Assembly (NCBI GenBank): GCA_951406725.2
Contig: OX597819.1
Coordinates: 49,848,001 to 49,912,000, forward strand
From: Octopus vulgaris
Lineage: Eukaryota
DNA: 64,000 bases
Direction of reading: 5' to 3'
Positions 37,145 to 51,197 of the stretch are shown piece by piece (the stretch's first letter is position 1; every line of letters starts with the position of its first letter). The position numbers and the translations under genes were made by a program. The notes under the pieces are model-generated. The model was not told the origin of the DNA. It saw nothing but the letters and a program-made list of their open reading frames with translations, and ran no database searches.

Positions 37145-38273
37145 TAGTTTTATTTTTATTTTTATAGCGTGCTTTCACTTCACTACCGAGCGCAGCTCTG
37201 TGTGCCTTGGATATGTGCTGTGATTTGTTGTGATGCTCTGATGGTTATTGTATGGAAAGTGTTCTGCGTAGGATGTGTGCAGTGCCTAGTAGTGCAATTT
37301 TCTGTATGTTATATGTGTTTGTAGAGTACTGCTGTGAAGTATGCGTGTAAGATAGAAGTGTATTCCTCACGTGTCCATTTACGTCTTTTGGGTTTTATTT
37401 GCGGGACATGAGGTACAACGTCCGGCCCATTATTTTGACGGTCGTCATTTTCGTAGGGTACCGGTCCGTTTATTTCTGTTGTCACATTATTTCGCACGTG
37501 TAGTTTTTCGTACATTTTTTGTTGTAGGTTTAATGTACGTACCGCTCGATTGTTATTCTTGGGTTGAATAGTATCGGTGGCATTTAATTTCTTCGTAGTT
37601 CCTTTGTACATGGTGTTTGGGGTCGGAGATGATCGTGGTGTTTCACGCATGTTTACATGTGTTGCGTTAGAGGTGGAGATGATATCGAGTCAAAATACAT
37701 CATTTCGTTTCGAAAATAGTAATAAATTTCAATTTGTATTACTTACTCGGATACAGTCCAATTCTTTGTTAGTAAAACTTTGGCTCCATAGGATGTCCTT
37801 GTTTTCGATGTTTGTGGATAGGTTTCGGAGCTCTGAATTTTCCTTCTTACATCTTAAAAGTCCCCCGGTGTTCTCCTCTTAAAAGTCCCCTGGTGTTCTC
37901 CTCTTAAAAGTCCCCCGGTGTTCTCCCTTAAAAGTCCTCCGGTGTTCTCCCTTAAAAGTCCCCCGGTGTTCTCCCTTAAAAGTCCCCCGGTGTTCTCCTT
38001 AAAAGTCCCCCGGTGTTCTCCCTTAAAAGTCCCCCGGTGTTCTCCCTTAAAAGTCCCCCGGTGTTCTCCCTTAAAAGTTCCCCGGTGTTCTCCCTTAAAA
38101 GTCCCCCGGTGTTCTCCTTAAAAGTCCCCCGGTGTTCTCCCTTAAAAGTCCCCCGGTGTTCTCCCATAAAAGTCTCCCGGTGTTCTCCCTTAAAAGTCCC
38201 CCGGTGTTCTCCCTTAAAAGTCCCCCGGTGTTCTCCCTTAAAAGTCCCCCGGTGTTCTCCCTTAAAAGTCCCC

Positions 38274-38274
<1 letters not shown>
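37141..38274 (-). mobile_element. Internally deleted R4/Dong-type LINE with a 5' minisatellite
   Basis: N-terminal RRKWTREEYTSILHAYF is joined near 37322 to C-terminal NIQKIALLGTAHILRRTLSIQ*. (TAA)n lies at both ends. Confidence 0.75.
37853..38274. repeat. 24-bp minisatellite (cccttaaaagtcccccggtgttct), about 17-18 copies
   Basis: Head-to-tail near-identical units with no unique spacers. Confidence 0.95.
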
Positions 38275-38327
<53 letters not shown>

Positions 38328-38334
38328 CATCATT

Positions 38335-38950
38335 AAGGCGGCGAGCTGGCAGAATCGTTAGCACATCGGGTGAAGTGCTTAGCCGTATTTCGTCTGCCGC
38401 TACGTTCTGAGTTCAAAATTCCGCCGAGGTCGACCTTGCCTTTCATCCTTTCGGGGTCGATTAAATAAGTACCAGTTACGCACTGGGGTCGATATAATCG
38501 TCTTAATCCGTTTGTCTGTCCTTGTTTGTTCTCTCTGTGTTTAGCCTCTTGTGGGTCGTAAAGAAATAGGTATTTCGTCTGCCGCTATGTTTTTAGTTCA
38601 AATTCCGCCGAGGTCGACTTTACCTTTCATCCTTTCGGAGTCGATAAATTAGTACCAGTTGAGTACTGGAGTCGAAATAAACGACTATCCCCCTCCTCCA
38701 AATTTCAGGCGTTGTGCCTATAAAAGAAATGATTATCATTATCATTACTTAAGGCGGCGAGCTGGCGGAATCTTTTAGCACGCTGAGCAAAATGCTTAGC
38801 GGTATTTCGTCTGTTACTACGTTCTGAGTTCAAATTCCGCAGAGGTCGACTTTGCGTTTCATCTTTACGGGGGTCAATAACATAATTACCAGTTAAACAC
38901 TGAGGTTTATGTAATCAACTTATCCGCTTCCCTGAAATTGCTGGCCTTTT
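38335..38950 (+). mobile_element. Three SINE family B copies (full, partial, full)
   Basis: aaggcggcgagctggc at 38335 and 38751; partial copy from about 38569. Confidence 0.85.
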
Positions 38951-39097
38951 TGTGTCAAAATTCAAGACCAATATGAGTGGAATGTTCTCCCCTCCACCAA
39001 AAAAAAAAAGAATAGAGAAGTGTAAAGAACATTCCATTCATATTAAGCAACTGTATACCTTCTTTTACCCACCCCTGTGTGTGCGTGCGCGAGCGTG

Positions 39098-39153
<56 letters not shown>

Positions 39154-39419
39154 ATGTATACTCGCATACAGACCAAAAGAAGAGTTTTCTGCATTAACTG
39201 ATTGTATGTTGCCTGTAGTTATGAAACAGTTATAGAAGCATTGCTGCAAGGGCCTTAATGAATAAAAATTCCATCCATTAAAGGAAAGTTGATCTCTTAT
39301 ATTGTCTTAGTCGATAAAAACAAAACAAAACAAAACAAAACCGTTGGTTTACTTGAGCAAAGGTTCACATACAAAGTAAAGGTCCATAGATTGCTCGTTT
39401 CTAAAGTGTAAATCATTGG

Positions 39420-40512
39420 GTGAGAAAGAGAGAGAGAGAGAGAGACAAAGGGAGAGAGAGAAAGAGACAGAGAGAGACAAAGGGAGACAGAGAGAAAGCG
39501 ACAGAGAGAGAGAAAGAGACAGAGAGAGACAAAGGGAGACAGAGAGAGACAGAGAGAGACAGAGAGAGAAAGAGAAAGCAAGTGAGTGAGAGAGAGGAGA
39601 GACCAGGAGTGAGAGGGAGAGAGAGAGAGAGGGAGAGAAAGGAAAAGAGAGCTAGGGAGAAAGAGGTGAAGAAAGAGAAAGCAAGATAATGAGAGAAGGG
39701 AGATGAAGAGTGAGAGAGAGAGAGTAAGAAAGGAAGAGAAGGGGAGAGAGAAAGAAAGAGAAGGCAAGTTAGTGAGAGAGAGAGAGAGAGGGATAGAGAG
39801 GGAGAGTGTGGGAAAGAGAGGGAGAGAGGGAAAGAAAGAGGGAGGGAAAAAGAAAGCAAGTGAGTGAATGAGTGAATGAGATGGAAGAAAGAAAGAGAGT
39901 TAGAGTTTATCGATTGATCTCATACATCAGAAAGGAAAAAAAAAAAGTTGGATGAGAATAAAACAAAATAAATGCCACGTAGTTCCCTAAGAGCGAAACA
40001 TAGTGCTGTGCTTTGGCAAGTATAGGATTCATTAAAAAAAAAAGAAGAAATGATTGCTTTCATGAGATGGTCAGTGTAATATTGACAAGATACCATTTTA
40101 CCTTAGATGTCTAATGCAATCCAACTGAATGCGCATGTAACCATTCATTCTAATTTTCAAATTTGGGATTTGTTTCCTGCTTTAGTGGAAGCAGACCCCA
40201 TTAAGCAACGTCCATTGGTACCGCCATTTTAGTCTTTGATTTACGTTGTAGTAACTGCTCTGTTGAATTAATGTTATGGAGATTTGTGTCATCTAGAAAA
40301 GGCTAAGTCTTACTCTATTTAAAAGCAGCACGTAAGTCAAAAAATATTTATTGATATCTAAACTGTGATGGTGCTACCAAGATTTCAAAGGCTATTAGGA
40401 AATGGATGATGTTTAAAAGCTTATAGAAAACTCGAAGCCGTGTGTACAGGAGACCTGAAGAATACAACATGCAGTTCAGCAATTGACTGTCGGCCTAACT
40501 ACATGGTACAGT

Positions 40513-40571
<59 letters not shown>

Positions 40572-41366
40572 AGAGAGGGGAGAGAGCGTAGGGAGAAGAA
40601 TGGAATGAGAAGAGAAGACAAATGGACAGGGAGATGGAGAGGAGATAGAAGGTGTCTGGGAAAAAAGAGGAGAAGGGATATGGAGAAAGAGAGGGGAGAT
40701 AGTGAAGGAGGGGAAGGAGAAAGAAGAAGGAGAAAGAAGGAGAAAGTGATGGAGAGAGGGCGAAGAAGAAAAGGGAAAGAAAGAGAGGAGAGAAAGGGAG
40801 GGAGCAGAAGACAGTGGGAGAGAGGGGAGAGAGTAAGGGAAAGAAGGGAGAGAGAGCGTAGGTAGAAGAAAAGACGTTTGAGAATACAAATGGACAGGGA
40901 GATGGAAAGGAGATAGAGGGTGACGGGGAAAAAGAGGAGAGAGGATATGGAAAAAGAGAGGGGAGATAGTGAAGGAGGGAAAGGAGAAAGAAGAAGGAGA
41001 AAGAGATGGAGAGAGGGCGAAGAAGGTAAGGCAAAGACAGAGAGGAGAGAGGGAGCAGAAGAGAGAGGGAGAGAAGGGAGAGCGGGGGGAAAGAGTAAGG
41101 GAGAGAGGGGAGAGGGTAAGGGAAAGAGGGGAGATAGCGTAGGGAGAAGAATGAAATGAGAAGAGAAGACAAATGGACAGGGAGATGGAGAGAAGATAGA
41201 GGGTGTCTGGGAAAAATGAGGAGACGGGATATGGTGACGGAGGGAGAGGAGAAAGAAGAAGCAGAAAGAGAAGGAAAGAGGACGAAGAAGGAAAGGGAAA
41301 GAAAGAGAGAGGGAGCAGGGGAGAGAGCGGGAGAGAGTGAGAAATAGCAAGAGAGAGAGAGAGAGC

Positions 41367-41402
<36 letters not shown>

Positions 41403-41415
41403 AAGAAAGAGAGAG
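39420..41415. repeat. Two polypurine (GA-rich) low-complexity tracts, the second with internal duplications of about 280 bp
   Basis: 39420-39900 and 40512-41415; acaaatggacagggagatgga recurs near 40618, 40886 and 41169. Confidence 0.9.
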
Positions 41416-41569
41416 TCAACAGTTGAGATACAGATGTGCTCAATATAAAAAAAAAACAACAGTTAGTAGTGCTGAAACGATTAGAACTCCAAAGTCTTTA
41501 TCGAGGACTAGGTCCGAGGCATAAAGAGTAGCTATAAGAAGAAATCTAGTTGAGCTGAAATGCATCACA

Positions 41570-41620
<51 letters not shown>

Positions 41621-41937
41621 CATATATATGTATGTATGTATATGTATATATATAAAGATGTTGATATGCATCACTACATATGGTCTAAAGAGAACTACGT
41701 GATACAAAGAGCACATCAATGTGTGTGTGTGTATATATTCTGAACCGGCTTAAATATATAATACTCATACATATATACATACATGCATACATACATACAT
41801 GCATTCATACATACATGTATACACACACGCATATATGTATATGAATATGTATATGTAGATGCATATGTATGCATAGATATACATACATATACATGCATAC
41901 ATACATACATACATACATACATACATACATACATACA

Positions 41938-41970
<33 letters not shown>

Positions 41971-42999
41971 TTATGTGTGTGTGTATACACACGCACACAT
42001 TTGGTTAACAAGCGAGAGACGGAAGAGGGAATATACGAGAATATTTATTGATCACTACAATTGTTTTGACCCGTCTAACATTGATCCCTCGCGGGTGGGA
42101 TACTGAACAACTGGCTTAGATGTGTAGATGTGTCTCTTCCGGCGATTACAAGATGTATTTCGTTAAAATAACGATGAAAAGATTACTCGAATAATCGTAA
42201 ATGTGAGATTACTCGGAAAAGATTACTTGGATAATCGTAAATGTCAAGACACAGCATGAGCATAAACACATCCAACCTAACTTGGATGTGTTGCTTATAA
42301 CGCCTTAGACTGCAGTACACGTCCCGCAAAAGCATTTCGTCTAGACGACAGATGCTAAAAAGCAGCGAAATTCTATGATCATTTGACGAAATTCCATCAG
42401 TACTCCAGCGGATGGCATTACTGCATCATGCAATTTCCCTGTATTGCGGATCATTCAAACACACACACACATATACACACACACGTATATCATTTAAGGA
42501 AACATATACATATATCCAAACTCATATCCTTTTATGAGAAAGAACCTTTTTTCTCCCCGGATGTGATTTCAGTAGCTCTTGCTACTACATCAGGTCTTAA
42601 AAGAAAAAAAAAAATAGTCATCTTCTGACATTTTCGATTTGTTGCTGATAGTTTTCAACATCTTAACATTATCGCCATCTATTAACACAGCGTCGTGGTC
42701 TAAAAGCATAAGAAAAAACATTTATATATCCGCTGAAATACTAATAGATATTTCTTGCATTTGTATGGCGCGTCTTTAAAAATGTGAAGTAATGTTGCGT
42801 ACTTTTCATCCTGGTGAAGGTTACTTTTCTCAGCTATGTCGGTGTCATCCGGCTTACTGGCTACCCATTTATAATCTTTTACGAATTTGCTGCGTGGTTA
42901 TGATATTTCATAAAGTATATATATGCAAGTATATACATGTCATATAACATAACACATATTTATATATGTATATGTATGCATTGATGTGTATGCGTGTGT

Positions 43000-43038
<39 letters not shown>

Positions 43039-43063
43039 TGTGTATAAATATATGTGTGTGTAA

Positions 43064-43619
<556 letters not shown>

Positions 43620-43620
<1 letters not shown>

Positions 43621-44177
43621 TACACTGTATTTATATGAATAATATATAGTCTATTGACTAGTTTTTTTCTTCATGCTAGACCGCTGGTAGCAAAAAATTT
43701 CTAAATGATTTTTTGCTACCCTGAAATTTATCAATAATGATTTTTTGGATAATTTTGAAAGAAAATCGGCATTTTTCTATTTGCTGCCGATAAAACCTGC
43801 GCTTGCGCGGTGGATTTGAAAGATTATAACATGTAAGCACGAGGCATGTTCTGTATTGCCTCGTATTTATATGTTAATCTTGGCTTTCCTGCTGATGATA
43901 GCTGCGCGTAGCAAATTATTTGCTGAAGATAGCTTGAAACCATGGTACAAGAAATGTTTTTATTTTTCATTCCCTTTCGAAATTACCCCTAATCGTGGTT
44001 TGGATTTTAACTATTCCTTCTAGCGGGTTAGATGTCGTATTATGGTCATCTCTTATGTGTTTAAATGTACACTGTATTTATATGAATAATATATTGTCCA
44101 TTGACTAGTTTTTTTCTTCACGCTAGACCACTGGTAGCCAAAAATTTCTAAATAAGTTTTTGCTACCCTGGAAATGT
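43620..44177 (+). repeat. 447-bp partial tandem (about 1.25 copies), diverged homolog of the 492-bp family
   Basis: gtacactgtatttatatgaataat at 43620 and 44067. Shares ctag.ccgctggt.gcaaaaa..ttttttgc.accct and tatttgctgccgataaa with 3170-3300. Confidence 0.85.
43885..43954 (+). ncRNA. Type I hammerhead ribozyme, CATG palindromic stem III
   Basis: tttcctg-CTGATGA(43892-43898)-t-agct..agct-t-GAAAC-CATG-GTA-caagaaa. Confidence 0.85.
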
Positions 44178-44189
44178 ATTATATCTATA

Positions 44190-44307
<118 letters not shown>

Positions 44308-45560
44308 CGTGTGTGTGTGTGGCGTGTGTATGTGTGTGTGTGTGTGTTTGTGTTTGTGTGTGTGCGTGCGCGTGCGTGTGCGTGAGTGTATGTATGTAAG
44401 TAAGTATAGAAATACGTGTTTAATATTCTAATAGCGGACTTAGTAAGAATGATGAGAAATGTGTCCCGCACGTGCTACCCGACGGAATTAGAAAGACACA
44501 TACAACATCTCATTCACCGCATGCAGTTCTCTGTCTACAGCCAAAGGGACAGGATTAGAGTGTACAAAAGAGCTAGGCCTAAATAAAAGGCCACCATAAA
44601 GAGTGATGCAAAATGAGATGTGCCCCCTATACAGGAGTAAACCCTAGAATAGTATAGATAGGACCAAGAAGAAAATAGGCATGGTCAAATCATGGTATGA
44701 CAGCCATAAATACCAGAATGTCATGTTTGTTGATGCTCCCCCTGGCAGCGAACTAACATATTTTTTTAGGAAAAGAGGATAAGCTATATCAACGCATTAA
44801 AGTAGTAGAAAGGCCAAGAACCCCCATAAAATTCCTGGTCTGTAGAACATATCCATTCGGAAGGACCCCAGGTATGGAGAGCAACTGTATAGTATGTAGG
44901 ATGGTTACTTGTATGAGTAGGAGTGTTGTCTGTAGCACACGGTGTATTGAGGACGGCGCAGAAACAAGACAACGGCATAAATGGAGGAGACAGCACGAAG
45001 TATAGGGGAGCAAATAGGTGTACACTGGCAGGAACTCAAAGAAGCGAAAAGCACGTCAGTGCTCTGCCAAAATGCCCAATTAGAACATAGAGCTCGGTTG
45101 ATAATATAGAAGTTGAGGTATTATCAACGCATAGAACAGACGCAATACTTAGAATACAGAGGCCACGCACATAGTTATAAACAGACCGAGCCTCAACAGA
45201 AAAACACGAAAGGAGCAATAACACCCACTATCACCATACAGATACAGAAGCAAACGCACCATTCAAAAAGAAAATGAGCTAAACAAGACAAGAGAAGACA
45301 CGTGGGATAGAGAATCGCTGAAGAGGTCATAGGTTGTGTGACGAAAGATTTCCAGACATAGAACATAAAATAAGAACAATAATGAAATAAATCTGCAGTG
45401 AAGAACGAATATATAGTGCGTGTGTTTATTTGGTAAAAAAAAATGATAATGATGATAATACCCATCCCGAAATATAACAATAAGTGTTTCAACACACGAT
45501 TTCACATCAGGAATCTTGCAAAACAAATACATAAACGTATGTATATATGTGTGTGTGTGG

Positions 45561-45613
<53 letters not shown>

Positions 45614-45854
45614 AGTGAAAATATATTATGAATAAACAAACAAACGGGAAATAGACACAGATGGTCGCCAACTCCTCATCAAAGGGTCAATCGCAACTTC
45701 GCGTTATACACACACACACACATACACACACACACACACACACATACACACACACACACACACACATACACATATCTATACTTTATTATGAAAGCAACAA
45801 AAACATCATTAAAATATCAGAAAAAACTGCACACACACACACACACACACATAT

Positions 45855-46001
45855 ACGATGGGCTTCTTTCAGTTTCCATCTACCAAATCCATTCACAAGG
45901 CTTTGGTCGGTTCGAGGCTATAGCAGAAGACACTTGCCCAAGGTGCCACGCAGTGGGACTGTACCCGCAACCACGTGGATTCTAAGCAAGCTACTTACCA
46001 C
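45855..46001 (-). mobile_element. SINE family A, 5' half
   Basis: gggcttctttcagtttcc..gacacttgcccaaggtgccacgcagtgggactg. Confidence 0.8.
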
Positions 46002-47267
46002 ATATGTTTAAAGATGCACACACACACACACACACACAAATGCATAGACGCACACACACACACACTCATACTCACACATCTGTGTATTTACATGCATATT
46101 TTTACTTTACACTATTCATGAGTTCCTTATAGATTACCTCCTCCTTATTTCCCTATCAAGTGTTCATGTCCTCCATTTCGATTTGTATGTTACCACATAC
46201 TTTTAGTTGGATTTACAATCAATTTTTAAATAAAACATGCTATAAATAAAAGAATCAAAGAAAATAACCTCTCACCATCACTTCTATCACCACCACCACC
46301 ACTACTACCACCACCACTACCACTACTACCACCACCACCTTCGCAATTTTCATTGTCACCACTACCAACCCCAACATCGCTACCTCCACCACCGCTACCA
46401 TCACAACGACTTCGACCACCACCACTGATACCACCAACACCACTACCACCACCAGGAGCAAAATGCAAGGTAAACAACAACATGAACAAAGAAAACAAGA
46501 TAATAATGACAATAATGGCGGAAAGAGAACAACAACAATAAAATCCTCATCAATCATTATAATTATCATCATCATCATGATCGCCATCACCACCACCACC
46601 ACGACCACCATCACCACGACGACAACGACGGCCACCACCACCACCACCATGGTCGACATCAACTGCAACAACAGTAGCAACAACGACCACCAGAACCCCC
46701 CTTTCCCTAAAGAAACGTAAACAAAGGCAACAACAAGAACAATGCAAATACAAGAAAAAAAAATATACCAAAATCAAAACAAAAATAAAGCAGCAATGAC
46801 AATGTCGAAGACAACGACGACAATAGCAAAAAAAAACAAAAAAAAACAAGGAATAAAAAAGAAAATGGTACTAATAAAAGCAGCAGCAACAGCAGCAGCA
46901 GCAGCAGCAGCCGACAGCAACAACAATAGCACCATCAACTAACATTACTAACTACTACAACTATAAGATCTAGGAAAAGTGCATACAGCGACGACGACGA
47001 CGACGACTACATCAACAATAATGACAACGATGATGACAACGACAAGATCAGCCATTCTTTACACGAGTATTATTTTTCAACTTTGCTGCTAAAATAACGC
47101 TCCAAGCCATACATTTTTAGTTCGTTTCTCAATAGTCAAGTAAATTTGATAATAAAAAAATAAATTTAAAAGAGAGAGAGAGAGAGAGAGAGAAAAAAAA
47201 AGTTTTAAAAACCACACCCAAAGAAAACAACTACTAAATATAGAAACTTAAAATAATAAACAAAAAG

Positions 47268-47356
47268 AACTACTACTACTACTACTACTACTACTACTGC
47301 TACTACCACTACTACTACCACTACCACTACCACTACCACTACTGCTGCTGCTGCTG

Positions 47357-47415
<59 letters not shown>

Positions 47416-47440
47416 GCTGCTGCTACTACTACTACTACTA

Positions 47441-47486
<46 letters not shown>

Positions 47487-47493
47487 GACCACC

Positions 47494-47564
<71 letters not shown>

Positions 47565-47587
47565 CACTACTACTACTACTACTACTG

Positions 47588-47618
<31 letters not shown>

Positions 47619-47619
47619 C

Positions 47620-47678
<59 letters not shown>

Positions 47679-47690
47679 AACTTTCTACTA
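47268..47690. repeat. (ACT)n/(ACC)n trinucleotide tract
   Basis: About 420 bp of actactact with cca/gct interruptions. Confidence 0.95.
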
Positions 47691-48083
47691 CAGCCACGAC
47701 AACAACTAAAAGTAAACATAATTATTACAATAACAATAGAAAAGTATTGAAAAACAAATAAAAACAAACAAATAATTGAATAAATAAATCCAACAAAATT
47801 TTTGTTTTATCATCCATTTTGTGTTGCAGCGTTTCTTTTTGTTTAAATTTGTGTTTCGTTTTTTTTTTTGTGTGTGTGTTGTTTTGTGTGTGTGTGTGTG
47901 TGTGTGTTTTATTTTTGTTGTTATTAATCATTTCATTTTATTTATTTAATTTTATTATTTGCACATTTATTTAGTTATTTATTTATTTATTTATTTATTT
48001 ATCGTTGTTGTAATTGTTTTGTTTCTTTCTTTTTAATTTTTTTTTTTAATTTTTAAGATTATTTAATTTTATTATTTGCATAT

Positions 48084-48118
<35 letters not shown>

Positions 48119-48904
48119 TCGTTGTTGTAATTGTTTTGTTTTTTTTTCTTTTTAATTTTTTTTTCATTTTTAAAGTTATTTAATTTTATTATTTGCATAT
48201 TTATTTATTTATTTATTTATCGTTGTTGTAATTGTTTTTTTTTTTGCTTTTTAATTTTTTTAATTTTTAATTTTTTAAAAAAATTTTTGTCTTTTTTGTT
48301 TGGCATGTTATTATTTCCTTGATCGCGTCATTTTTGTGCTTGAATTCTTGTGAGGAGGAACAGCGGCGAACAGAGGCTAGCACCAACGCTTCATTTTATT
48401 TGGCGCCTGAGAAGAATAATGTGTCAGTTTTGAACAAATTAAAACTTAAATACAATTTCCAAGGTGGTGAGGGGAAGGAAAAAGAGGTGGGGGGAGGATA
48501 TAATAACAACGAAGCAATCAACAACAAAAACCCCCCACCTAAAACAAAAACAAAACAACCAACAACAACAACAACAACAACAGCAAACAACAAACGACTT
48601 TAGTAATGAGGTGATGTTCTCATTGCTAAGATGTTGTATAGCTTCGTTTTCTTTCTTTCTTTCCTTCTATCTTCTTTCTTTCTTTCTTTATTTATTTATT
48701 TTAGTTGTTTTTTATGTTGTAGTTTTTGAATTATACTACTTCTTTTCTCTTCGTATTATCGATAACTTCATTGATTATTTTATTTTATTTTATTTTTTTA
48801 AATTTAATTTGTGTGTGTGTGTGTGTGTGTGTTTTTTTTTTTTTTAGAGTTTTATTTGATTTTATTCCATATGCCTTCGGCACTGTTTTTAAAAGAAAAC
48901 AGTC

Positions 48905-48953
<49 letters not shown>

Positions 48954-49156
48954 CATCAACTACAACAATAACAAAAACAATTGCATCACTATCAATAGAC
49001 GCATCAACAAAAAAACAAAACAACAAAAAATCACTAACAATAACAAATAAAACAAAGAGACAACAAAAAAATAATCCAGGAGGAAAAAAAAATGCGTGAC
49101 AACAACAATGATAATAATACTGATAATAATAGACGAAGAAGAAGAAGAAATAAGCA

Positions 49157-49204
<48 letters not shown>

Positions 49205-49348
49205 AAGACGGAAAAAGAAAACTTCGTTGCTTTTTTTAAATTTTCAATGTTCTGTTTTTTTTAGTTAACGAATTCCATAACAATCGTGAGATGAATTAAG
49301 AAATGTATGTTGAGATCATATGCGCGCGCGCATGCGTGTGTATGCGTA

Positions 49349-49390
<42 letters not shown>

Positions 49391-49392
<2 letters not shown>

Positions 49393-49613
49393 TTTACTCT
49401 TTTACTTGTTTCAGTCATTTGACTGCGGCCATGCTGGAGCACCGCCTTTAAATCGAGCAACTCAACCCCAGGACTTATTCTTTTGTAAGCCCAGTACTTG
49501 TTCTATCAGTCTCTTTTGCCGAACCGCTAAGTAACGGAGACATAAACACACCAGCATCGGTTGTCAAGCAATGCTAGGGGGACAAACACAGACACACAAA
49601 CACACACACATAC

Positions 49614-49648
<35 letters not shown>

Positions 49649-49786
49649 TACGACGGGCTTCTTTCAGTTTCCGTCTACCAAATCCACTCACAAGACGTTG
49701 GTCGGCCCGAGGCTATAGTAGAAGACACTTGCCCAAGGTGCCACGCAGTGGGACTGAACCCGGAACCATGTGGTTGGTAAGCAAGC
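49391..49786 (-). mobile_element. SINE family A
   Basis: Near full-length reverse complement of 30803-31205. Confidence 0.88.
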
Positions 49787-49794
49787 CTATATAT

Positions 49795-49847
<53 letters not shown>

Positions 49848-49899
49848 TATATACATGCATATATATATATATATATATACATACATATATACAATAACA

Positions 49900-50075
49900 A
49901 TTTAATAGATAAAACATATGCATACATACATATATGTACATACCTACATCTATATGTATATATACATGCATATATGAGTACAGAACACCACAAATAAACG
50001 TAGAACACAACGAGAAACGAAAACATCAAATCAAACATATGATTGAACGCCACGCGTCGTTTCTTCTTCTCCAAG
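49900..50075 (-). repeat. Fragment related to the 3' part of the ~880-bp permuted-hammerhead family
   Basis: Minus strand tgttctgtactcatatatgc..gtaggtatgtacatatatg..gcatatgtttt..tattaa resembles 31487-31577. Confidence 0.6.
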
Positions 50076-50079
50076 TAAG

Positions 50080-50136
<57 letters not shown>

Positions 50137-50196
50137 CGTACATACGTATATTTACATACGTACATACACACACACAAAATATGAGGGGATATTATA

Positions 50197-50428
50197 TATT
50201 TCTTTACTACCCACAAGGGGCTAAACATAGAGGCGACAAACAAGGACAGACAAACGGATTGAGTCGATTCCATTGACGCCAGTGCGAAACTGGTACCTAA
50301 TTTATCGACCCCGAAAGGATGAAAGGCAAAGTCGACCTCGGCGGAATTTGAACTCAGAACGTAACGGCAGACAAAATACGGCTACGCATTTCGCCCGGCG
50401 TGCTACCGTTTCTGCCAGCTCGCCGCCT
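50197..50428 (-). mobile_element. SINE family B, full length, with 17-bp TSD
   Basis: TSD tatgaggggatattata at 50180-50196 and 50429-50445. Confidence 0.9.
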
Positions 50429-50893
50429 TATGAGGGGATATTATAAACCAGGCTATCATCTCAGCACTTCATGCAAAAACTTGCTAAAGTAATATTCAGT
50501 TAAGTGAATAAACATCAGTTAAACTCTAGCAGATTAAAAAGAGGCGTACTTCGAAAATTGAAGGCGTCCGACGAGGTGAACGAACCGTAAAAATTATCAT
50601 TTTATTTTATTGTAGATTACATGTATTGTATATACATGCATAAATACATACGTACACACACGCACACGCACACACGCACACACACAGGCACACACACGCA
50701 CATACACACACATGTATACATGTCCATATATCTATTATTAATGAATTAGAAAATAAGATTGGACAGAGTTAAAAAATTAAAAGTTAAATTTTTTTAAAAA
50801 TTTTTAACTCTCCAATCTTATTTTTTAATTGTTTAATAATACATATTTGATATATACATGTATGCGTGCGTGTGTATGTGTGTGTGTGTGTGC

Positions 50894-50926
<33 letters not shown>

Positions 50927-50929
<3 letters not shown>

Positions 50930-51197
50930 TCATCATCATCATCATCATCATCGTTTAACGTCCGTTTTCCATGGTAGCATGTGTTGGACGGTTCGACCGG
51001 GGTCTGGGAAGCCAGGAGGCTTCACCAGGCTCCAGTCTGATCTAGCAGCGTTTCTACAGCTCGATGCCCTTCCTAACGCCGTGAATGTAGTGGCTGCTTT
51101 TTACATGCCACCGGCACAGGTGCCAGGAGAGGCTGGCAACGGCCACGCTTGGTTGGTGCTTTTTACGTGCCACCAGCACGGAAGCCAGTCAAGGCGG
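50927..51197 (-). mobile_element. Short retroposon with an RTE-like (GAT)n tail
   Basis: Minus strand ends ..ggaaaacggacgttaaacgatgatgatg and contains ggcgttaggaagggcatc. Confidence 0.55.

Noticed and set aside
37853-38274. 24-bp repeats as a CRISPR array
   Set aside because: Units are contiguous with no unique spacers, there are no cas genes and the context is eukaryotic.
40476-41459. Long Leu/Ser/Pro-rich ORFs of 225-327 aa
   Set aside because: They arise from a polypyrimidine strand that lacks stop codons.
42049-42100. Minus-strand cac-CCGCGA..ggtc-AAAAC-AATT-GTA-gtg hammerhead-like relic
   Set aside because: Both core segments are mutated, too degenerate to call.
47205-47697. Poly-Val and poly-Ser ORFs, and all YI/HT/CV/MYVC ORFs in the window
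   Set aside because: These are translations of microsatellites.
46200-49300. Host gene UTR or exon in the trinucleotide-rich region
   Set aside because: No splice-bounded coding frame or recognisable protein motif, so it cannot be supported without transcript data.
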